DNA of 63,848 nucleotides, counting the filler, from Hyphochytrium catenoides (lineage: Eukaryota; Protista; Hyphochytriomycota): NCBI GenBank assembly GCA_900088475.1. It is 12 parts of 12 records of this genome, joined end to end, with 100 filler letters (N's around TTAATTAATTAA, not from the genome) between each part and the next. Parts side by side here need not be neighbours in the genome. Positions count along the whole stretch, not along the records: positions 53,387 to 59,804 come from FLMG01002806.1; positions 59,905 to 62,184 come from FLMG01003562.1; positions 62,285 to 63,848 come from FLMG01002434.1; 9 more parts are not named here. One strand, 5' to 3'. Positions 55,025 to 63,848 of this stretch are shown piece by piece (within the stretch, counting starts at the first letter, position 1; every line of letters starts with the position of its first letter). The notes under the pieces are model-generated. The model made no database searches, was not told where the DNA came from, and was given only the letters and a program-made list of their open reading frames with translations. A program made the translations under genes and the position numbers.

Positions 55025-57955
55025 ATGGACCAGGGGCTCTCCCTCAATATCACTGTCGGCGAAGGGCGTAAGGCCAGTAAGAAGGAGAAGCACAAGTCTA
55101 ATAGCTTCTGGAAGAACCGCAAGGGACTGCAGCCTCGAAAGTCCAGCCAAGGTCGCTCTACTCCCGGGCCACCTCAAACAAAGACTTTCGAGGCCAGAGG
55201 AAAGGATGGCTTCGACAACAAGAATGGGAACAAGCCTGCCCAACGGTCTCAACCGACTTCTAGATCGAGAGAGGAGATTGATGGCCTTCAAGCCAAGAGC
55301 ACACCGGGAGTGCCTAATGGCAGAACACAGAGCCAACGAAAGCGAAACGATAGCAAAGCAGCCGTTCCTACATCGGTCGCGGAAAAGAACGATGCTCAGG
55401 CTAAGACGTCAGACGACCAGGGCGCTGCTAATTTAGACACAGAGAGTTCAGTTCCTAGGCCATTGCAGGAGGGGCCACGGGCGCCTTTCACGCCGGCTAA
55501 CGGAGCAGAGGCTCAGAGGAAGGACCCAGGTGTGGGATCGAGCACGAGTCAACTGTCCGCCAGCCCTATGAAGTCTTCAGCAACTGCAGCGACGCTTGAT
55601 GTAGGGAGCAAGCCGTACGGGACAAGAAAGCAACCGCGAAAGATTGATGAGCATCAGGCACTGGCGGAGACTCGAAAGGCACAGGCAAAGGTTTTAGCTA
55701 TCACAAGGCAAGCGGAGGAGCTGCAGAGCTCAGTGAAGAAGCGGAAGAGAGAGCGATCAGAGGGCTCCATCACCGCGAGTGCTCAGTTGCAAAGCTTTAA
55801 GGATCTAGATCTTCATCCGTGGCTTGTGAAGCTCTTAGAGTCTCCCGTCAGCGACGGAGGCTTTGGATTTAGCCTGCCCACCAATATTCAATCTAGGGCT
55901 ATCCCTTCGCTTCTTCAAGGCCAGGACGTTCTCGTGAAAAGTGAGACTGGCAGTGGGAAGACACTGACCTTCCTCATCCCCATTATTCAGGATTTACAAG
56001 GGCGGCAGCCACGTGTGCAGCGCTCGGACGGTACTCGAGCCCTAATACTTGCGCCTACCCGAGAGCTATGCCAGCAGATCGCTGCGGTTCTCCAGAAGAT
56101 CGTCCGTCCTTTTGTGCATATCGTGCCTGGCAGTGTCTTTGGCGGAGAAAAGAGAAAGAGCGAGAAAGCTCGTCTAAGAAAGGGTCTCACGGTGCTAGTG
56201 GCGACTCCTGGGAGGCTGTTGGACCATCTGCAGAACACGAAGTCTTTTGAGGTCTGTGCTTCTCCAAACTCGGTAGATGACTCAACCCTTCCCTTCCTCC
56301 CGTTTGTCTAACGATCCTCTCTACTCTCTCCCTCTTGTATCTCTGCTGCGGCAAAGGCCATGATTTTTACCTTGCCAGGGCAACATTGGTCTCTGTAGGG
56401 GACCTCTTGCACCGCCCCAGCCGACTAGACATCCTGGCTCTTGTGACTTACATCCTACGCCTGACCCTCTAATCCCCTGCCCTTTATTCTTTTCCTGGAA
56501 CTGCAGGTTGGAATGTTGCAGTGGTTTGTGCTGGACGAGGCTGATGTTCTGCTGGACATGGGCTTTGAAAAGCAGATCCGAGAGATCCTTGAGCACCTGC
56601 AGAAGATGCGCGAACTAAGAGAGAAGAAACTCAAGAAACAAGCTCCTCCTCCGCAGCACGTCCTTCTCTCAGCAACAATCACCAAGGAAGTCAGTACGCT
56701 CTCATCTTTGATTCTGAAGAATCCACGCTTTATAGACGCGTCCAGCGCGGAGGATGCTGATAATGGAACTACTGCAGGAAGTAAAGGAGAAGAGCAGCAG
56801 GAGGGGAGGTCGAAGACTTCGGCTATAAAAGAAGAGACATTTGTCACTCCAGAGCATCTAGAGCAGTACTTTCTTGTAGTTCCGCAGAAGCAGCGGCTTA
56901 TGGGCCTGGTGACGTTCCTCCGCGGCAAGCTGGAAGAGAAGAAAAGCAGCAAAATCCTCGTCTTTTGTTCAACTTGCGACTCGGTAGACTTCCACTTCGA
57001 ACTCCTGAAGCGATGCGAGTGGCCACCAAAGGAAGTCAAAGCAATGGCCGGACAAGAAGTCAATGAGGAGGAAATCAAAGATGCTGCAAAGAAGAAGGAG
57101 GAACAGAGCAGCTGCGGCTTACTATTCGGCTCTCAGCCTCTCTTCAAGCTTCACGGAGACATACCACAGGCAGAGCGCACAAGGGCGTTCCAGAGCTTCT
57201 CTTCCTCGTCATCTGGTGTGCTGATATGCACAGATGTTGCTGCAAGAGGGCTGCATCTGCCAACAGTTCAATGGATTGTCCAGTATGATCCCCCGACAGA
57301 GATCAGAGATTATGTGCACCGTGTTGGCCGCACAGCTCGAGGAGGAAAGTCAGGAGCAGGTGTGCTCTTCCTTCTTCCATCAGAGGTAGAGGTGCTGGAG
57401 CTTTTCATCAAAAATGGGTTGAATCTCTCTCCATTGACTCTGGAGTCCATTGTTGACGCTCTCTTTGGGCCGCCGAACTCGGCCTCGCGGAAGAAGAAGG
57501 TAGAAACCTTCCTCTCCAGCAGCTCCAAATATGGCCAGAGGCACGTAAAGAAGGTATTAGAAGGGCGAGAGTCTCTCCTACAGCGCCTCTATTCTGAACT
57601 GCAGTTCTACATGGAAGAAGTGGTGCTAGCAAATAAAGAAAAGCTTCTCTCTCTCGCCAGAGCAGCCTTCACCTCCCACATCCGCTCGTACGCTACCCAT
57701 TCCGCGGAAACAAAGCACATCTACAATGTTCGAGGGCTGCACTTGGGTCACGTGGCAAAAAGCTTTGGGCTAAGGGATCCGCCCACCTCGGTCAGTGGCG
57801 TGGCGAAGAAGAATGGCAAGGCTGCTGGAGCTGGGACGAAGAGGAAGAGCCACCAAGGAGAAGATGGGAAGATGGGCTCTAAAGGACCCGCTAATCTGAG
57901 AGGAAGTGCGAGGAAGAAGCTGAAGAGTCTGCAGCTCTCAGAGTTCGTGGGCTAA
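55025..57955 (+). CDS. DBP7: DEAD-box RNA helicase DBP7/DDX31, two exons (intron 56252-56506)
   Basis: ETGSGKT, APTREL, the subfamily signature GGEKRKSEKARLRKG, ATPGRLLDHL, LDEAD, LSAT, TDVAARGL, HRVGRTAR and HLGHVAKSFGL. Confidence 0.95.
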
Positions 57956-58281
57956 AGATTGTCCTTACTGGCAGTAGGGCTATCTCTGAGGCATGCCTCA
58001 CCATCCAGAGAGAGGCAACAGATTGGCGCCTTGCGAAGCGTGATCAATGGCTGGAGTCGTGGCAACGAAGAGAGAAGGAGAAAAGGACGGTGGGCCAGAT
58101 GGAGGGTTAGACTCTCTATCTCCATACTATATTTACTAATAATATTTATACGCTGGCCCACAGATGACATCTCTTGGTGCAGCGGGCACCCGTTAAGGGC
58201 ATTGCCAGCAGAAGAGTTAGCTCAGAGAGTACGTACAATCGTCCCCATGGTGGGCCATCTGATCCGGCATTTGCACCTCAG

Positions 58282-59296
58282 TCAGTCCGCCAAGACCGCC
58301 GTGTACTCTACACTGGAGAAGAGAGAGATCAGAAGGTCTGGATGCTGGCGGGCGCTTAAGAAGCTGCGAGCTGTATAAACAGACAGAGAAAACAAAGAAT
58401 CCGCAGCCAGGCTGAGGGTCGAACGCTGGAAAGCGACGCCCAAGTCAGTGCCTGCGAGCAGCGGAACGGCCCCCTCATCCCAGATAACCGTGAGATAAAT
58501 GCCAGAGAGCCCTTCGAGGGTGAGGAGAGCGAGGCTCGTCCAGGCAATCCACCGTCCTCTCTCTTTCACAGGAAGGATGACGCTGTCTTGAACTAGGAAA
58601 GACGTAACCAGAGTTCCAAGCACGGAGCCCACCACATAGCACCTGCAAATGAGAGGGTTTTAGACAATAAGACCAGGTGAGCTCTGTCCATATGATAGTA
58701 GAAGGAATTAATCAAACGAGGTGAGATCTACCATGGGAGACGGGGAGGACGATTGAGCGCAGGCAAAGGAGACGGAACCGCAAGAGGGAGGCAGAAGTCG
58801 AAGAGAAGGACGGCAAAGACCAGTGAGGACACGGTAGATCGACGGAGGGATAAACACGCGGGCAAGAGACCAAGTCAGACGAAAGACATGCAGACCTCAT
58901 ATCCCAGCGCAGGATGGTGCAGGTGCAGTAGAAGAGCTGGCAGACCGTGTAGCCCGCGAAGAGCATGTCGAAGCTGCGGAGTAGCCGAAAGAGCAGGCGT
59001 GGGGCCGCTCTGCTGAGGAGAAGGAGATTGGCCAGCCCTGAAACCAGCAGAGATGTAGCGAACGCGGCTGGAAATCCTTGGACTCTCTCCATATTGAGAA
59101 TCAACAGCAGAATCTGGGCGGCCACGCCTACGAAGCTTAGAACGGTCAGGAGAGAGTGCTGGGCCGCCAACCGGCGGATACATTGGCAAACTAGCGGAAG
59201 CCCAATGCGACAGGGGGTGAGCGGGATTTCCTTTCCTCCTCTCTTCTCTCGGCTTGCTGGAAGCAGCCATCCCAGGAGGTCATCCTCTAGATCCAT
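58282..59296 (-). CDS. Two-exon multi-pass membrane protein (intron 58895-58643)
   Basis: The splice AG|GTCTGC..TTTGCAG|G joins two hydrophobic ORFs in frame (..LLRSFDMLF..WDMR-CYVVGSV..). Several TM-like segments; the start is uncertain. Confidence 0.6.
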
Positions 59297-59482
59297 GTCC
59301 CAGGTGGCTGCCAATGGGCGGATTTGGAACTTTCTTCGTGGTCTAAAGAATAGAAGATCAATTGATTAAAGTTCATAAAAAAAAAAGACAAGGTAGAAGA
59401 GAGAAGACTAGAGAGCGAGAGACAGAGAGAGGCACACACACAGAGAGAGAGAGAGACACGCACGCTCAGAGAGAGGGAGAGA

Positions 59483-59523
<41 letters not shown>

Positions 59524-61365
59524 NNNNNNNNNNNNNNNNNNNNNNNNNNNNNNNNNNNNNNNNNNNNNNNNNNNNTTCCTCCATAATAGGCAACAAGGAC
59601 GGCCTCAAGAAGAGGAAGGAAGGATGAAAGACCGAGAACGCGTGGCCAACGTAAGGGCAGAACGAAAGCGCAGGAGATGGAACGTACCGCCTTTCCTTTC
59701 CCTCAGACTTTCCAGCGCTCTGCCCAACCTGATGAGTCTTCGCTATGTTCTCTATCTGGCCTGCTGAGCACAGCCCTGTTCTTCGTGCTTCTTCCTCTCC
59801 CAGCNNNNNNNNNNNNNNNNNNNNNNNNNNNNNNNNNNNNNNNNNNNNTTAATTAATTAANNNNNNNNNNNNNNNNNNNNNNNNNNNNNNNNNNNNNNNN
59901 NNNNATCTGGGTTTGCCAGCGCAGGGCTATCAGCGATCTGTGCATTTGTTGTAGATTCCTCCCTCCCCCCCCAGAGCCCCGCGGAATATATGGCGGCAAG
60001 GTAGCCCATATGCCACAGGGAACTGACAGGAAATTTGATCGGTATTGGTAGAGGTGACAATTCTCCCTCCGCTGCTTTGTTTCTCTGGACTTCAGCACTT
60101 CCATCCGTTACCCTTCCACTCATCAATGGCAGAGGCCGCTTATTACCGTTCAGACTTGATCTCTTAATCCCATTCAGCCACAGCCAACGTTTTCCCGACA
60201 GCGCCGCTCAAGATCTTCTTCCTTCGCCTGGAGGATGCAAGGAAGAGCATCTCCTTTAGCAGGGGTACTGGCCCTCCTGCGTCAAGAGAGTGGCTCTCAG
60301 ACAGGATACATCTCTTTTTTCTCTCTCCGCCTTGCTTTCTATCTCGCTGAATCCCCTACGACTAGCTTTTTTCATAAGATCTCTCTAGCATGTTTCTCTT
60401 TCTATCTCTACACTCTCCTCGTGAGACTGACTCTTTCTAGGAGACTCTCCTCCCCTGATCTTCTTCCATCCTTAGAAAGCTGTAGAACTCTTGCTGCTGT
60501 GCGCTCCCTCCTTCCTCTACAAACAAGTCTTCCTCTCCTTGATGCTTGCCTGAGATGAGGGTTGGCTAGGCAGGTGGGAACCTAGAGTACCTTGACAAAC
60601 TCATCTAGCTTCGATACCTCTTGCTGTACAGCCTAACCAGAAGTGTGAGGCCCGCTCAGAGAAGAGGAGAATGATGGTGCATGCACCCAGTTCTAAGGTT
60701 GCCCTTTTTGCCTTTCTGTCCTACGACGGTTGGGACGACATGATCTTTGATGATGTTGTGGGCGGGGAAAGAACAGAAGAGTGATGGTCACCTCCAAGTG
60801 GACATCCTGCTGAAGATGCCATCAGCTCCCACCGCTATGCGCAATCTGTCCAGACAGGAAAGAGGATAGGCATCATTCGTCCGTTATTTATTCTGAACCT
60901 TCGATAGTGTCGTTTCACTTTTTATTGTGAAGCCGAAAGATCTTCTTTGTTCTTGCTACAGAGAGAAGAGAGCAGCAGTGGTCAGCAATCTTCTTCATGA
61001 TTATTGTTGTTCATTGACATCAACTAGGAAGCACCACAGGGTGACGGTCCCTCTCTCTCTATATATATAATGACTGAAGAGAGAACGAGGCGTGTACCAT
61101 CAAAGGGAAGCAAGAGACTCGTTGACGGGGCTTGGTTAGCTCTCCTCTTCATTCATCATCCTCCTTTTTACCGGCCGCAGCACAGCTCAAGACAAGCTTT
61201 TGGCTGCTTATAGAGTACTGTCGCCGACCGGCAAGCACATCAATATAACAAAATAGCACCAGACTACCTCCGACAATAGAAGAAGGAGCTCAGTATCAAG
61301 AAACCATACCTCTTACCTTGGACACCACCCCTTAATTGTAGACATCATCATTCATCTGTAGTAGG

Positions 61366-62172
61366 ATGGCAGCAGCAGCGAAAGCAGGGGTAAAAGCCGA
61401 GGGCCGACTCCCATCTGCGGCACCTCTTCTTCATGAGAGCGTGGCTGATAATCCTCCTGCTGCTTCCGATGCCTTCATTGATAAGAACTCGATTCCCTCT
61501 CCAGCGCCACCTGTACCAGAGGCTGTGGCTGTTGCATTGGTGGTACCCGACGAAGATGTTCATCATCCGGAAGATCAAGGAGCTTCAAGAACTCCCACTA
61601 CCGTTTTCCGGCAAGTGGGTGCTCCGGAAAATGGGGGATGGCGAGTACATCGACCTCGAAGCACATCGAAGCGCGTTATTTTGCCCTTCATGTCAGCCAG
61701 ATGCTGCGAACCTGGTACTGGGCTACCAAGGGGTCAAGCGCTTCCAGAGCCACTCGCCGCCCGTGGTGTGACTGCTGCCTATTGGGAAAATATGTTAACT
61801 CGTCTGGAAGAGGAAGTTCAGACCAAACAGCAATCGGTTGCCTGTCAAATACTCTGCTGGGTAACTCTGGTCTTCGTCCCCATTCTATGCTACCAACAGG
61901 CGGCCTACAACAGAGAGCTGCAGAGATGGCTGGACGACCTCAATGATGACCTAGCTCCTCGAGGAATGTATGCGAAGATTCAGAGCAATGAAGTTCATGA
62001 GAAGGACTACCATGAGATGATCAGTTGGCTGGCGATAGCTACTACGCCGGAAGAGGTGCAGAAGCTTCAAGCAGAGCCTGTGGTGTACAGACCCAAGTTC
62101 TGCTCAACCGTAATGGTTCCTTCCTGCGCTCAAAAGGTTGGCTGTTACTGCGGCCCTTATCGAGCAGTCTAA
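61366..62172 (+). CDS. Single-exon 268-aa protein with an ERF4/GOLGA7-like module and Cys-rich tail
   Basis: LPEPLAARGVTAAYWENMLTRLEE..hydrophobic Cys-rich segment..LQRWLDDLNDDLAPRGM. The ORF has a clean ATG and stop. Confidence 0.6.
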   Translation: MAAAAKAGVKAEGRLPSAAPLLHESVADNPPAASDAFIDKNSIPSPAPPVPEAVAVALVVPDEDVHHPEDQGASRTPTTVFRQVGAPENGGWRVHRPRSTSKRVILPFMSARCCEPGTGLPRGQALPEPLAARGVTAAYWENMLTRLEEEVQTKQQSVACQILCWVTLVFVPILCYQQAAYNRELQRWLDDLNDDLAPRGMYAKIQSNEVHEKDYHEMISWLAIATTPEEVQKLQAEPVVYRPKFCSTVMVPSCAQKVGCYCGPYRAV

Positions 62173-62391
62173 CTCTTCATCAGGNNNNNNNNNNNNNNNN
62201 NNNNNNNNNNNNNNNNNNNNNNNNNNNNTTAATTAATTAANNNNNNNNNNNNNNNNNNNNNNNNNNNNNNNNNNNNNNNNNNNNACAAGCAAGAAGAAGC
62301 AAGGGCAGTAGCAGCCCCAACAAGCATTTACCAAGGCAGGCAACTAACAGCAGAAGAAGCAAAGCACCGCAATGTAACTGCTCGCTTACGC

Positions 62392-62827
62392 TCAGCGCCA
62401 TCCATCCCGTCGCGCAGCGACGGGTCCTAAGAATATGTGTGTATGTGTGTGCACGTCCAAAACACACCTGTGGTGCGCTTCATCTCCCACTCGAAGCGTG
62501 AAAGGGAGATACGTACGCACCTGCTTTTCTCCAAAAAAGTTCGCTTCTGACACATCCATAGTGCGCTTATACACCTTATTTGAACCCAGTAGGTCAATTA
62601 CGCACGTGACTTGCATAACACGTTCGCCGCTGACACATTCGTAGTGCGCGACAACCCCTTAGATGAAACCAATGCAGGCCATCTTACGCACATGCCCTTG
62701 CATTTTAAGATCACTTCCAGCGGCGTGTTCTACAGAGTTCTGACAAACGAAATTGAGTGTGTGTAAATAAAGGCCAAGGGCCCTCCGGCACCGCGATAGC
62801 GGGCCTGCTACTTATTATAAAATAGGA
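62392..62827 (-). mobile_element. Candidate non-autonomous Helitron-like element with three degenerate ~85-bp repeats
   Basis: Minus strand reads 5' TC-CTATTTTATAATAAG, three repeats, a (CA)-rich tract, the GC hairpin CCCGTCGC-TGC-GCGACGGG, 10 nt, then CTGA (CTRR). The A|T insertion context is not preserved. Confidence 0.35.
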
Positions 62828-63848
62828 AATATTCCTGAGCATAAAATTCGGCGCTTCTGTTTATTGATATGTGCGCTTCAGGACCGTTCTTATGTGTCTG
62901 TGCACAGGAGCTGTCATCACATCGTCAGCATGGGAACCAAGACGACAGGAGAGCTGGGTGGGCGAGGCAGCACCAGCAGCCTTGAGGCTTCTCATCATTG
63001 TCGTCTCTTCGTCGCGCCTCTTCGCTCAGGTGAGGATCATCCTCAAAAGAGTGGAAAGGGGGCAGCTGCCTGTCAATCTTCTGCTGCTTACGGTCACGTA
63101 GGAGGATGGCTCAGGCGTTGAACATCATCTTAGCAATCCTAGTGCTGTTAGTGGGAGGACTTTTCTTCTAACAGAAGTTTGAAAGTGGGATCGCCTTTGC
63201 TCGTGCTCCGCTCTATAGCCTGCATCTTGCGGGTCTCTTAAGTACGACAGATAACGGAGTAGCAGCTTACAGCAGCGCCACTGACAAGGGTTCAATAACG
63301 CCTCCATGTACGGATTGAGCAGGACAGGCAAACCATCCGCGCCAAATGTTCCGAGTGGCGTTTGTCATAGCATTTCCGGACTAACTGGGATGGAAGCAGC
63401 AGGATAGTTGCTGGGCTGATTAACATCTTGTGTGGGTGTTAGATCTCTTTCTCATCAGCCATCAGACCACACCTTTTGCAAGCGCTCCGCTAGCTGATCT
63501 CGTCCTCTGGAATCTGCGCTCTTATATGTTACATGCGGCTCCTTTCCCACGCCTATAGACACCACTAGCTAGCAGGAAACTTCATGATGATGTTCTGCTG
63601 GTCCAGCAAGTCCCTAGTAACACAAGCACTTGTACGATTTGCCCACTGCTTGTCTGTTATGGGCTACCATGATACGCGGATTAGCTAGCTCAATTTGCTA
63701 TCGATTGAACGCAGTAGCGAGTAGCAAGCCTTCGGATCTAACTTGACTCCATTTGATCTTGCTATCGCTCCGACAAGCTAATTGTACGGTCACAGGATCC
63801 ACGTAGGACGTAGCGTCCACGGGCCTTCATCGTAGGTAGTTGATTCGG

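Noticed and set aside
21734-57955. Apparent ribosome-biogenesis cluster (UTP25, CMSS1-like, DBP7)
   Set aside because: The genes are on different contigs separated by artificial linkers.
62461-62705. CRISPR-array or C2H2 zinc-finger reading of the ~85-bp repeats
   Set aside because: The would-be spacers of units 2 and 3 are homologous, the repeats are degenerate, there are no cas genes and the context is eukaryotic. Periods of 88 and 83 bp break frame and lack Cys/His spacing.

Overview
Eukaryotic (protist/algal-type) nuclear DNA with spliceosomal GT-AG introns and very abundant (GA/CT)n microsatellites. The window is not one locus: it is 12 short contigs joined by 11 identical artificial 100-nt linkers (N44-TTAATTAATTAA-N44), so adjacency across linkers means nothing. 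Well-supported genes: MGST3 (minus, missed by the ORF track), PEX6, UTP25, DBP7/DDX31, a type II (gamma-like) PI4-kinase with an R3H-like module, an F-box/LRR protein, a WRKY19-like Cys/His repeat protein and a GT61 fragment. Weaker calls: PH-domain, ERF4/GOLGA7-like, HYLS1-like and membrane proteins. Mobile DNA: an intron-containing P-element-like DDE transposase gene (9.4-13.3 kb) with altered catalytic motifs and a 180-bp fold-back just upstream, a rearranged Ty3/Gypsy remnant (RT and integrase on opposite strands), two more long imperfect fold-backs, and a possible non-autonomous Helitron with hairpin-forming ~85-bp repeats. The best candidate for an undescribed system is the spliced P-like transposase with its upstream fold-back. 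All family assignments are from motif recognition by eye, with no database searches.
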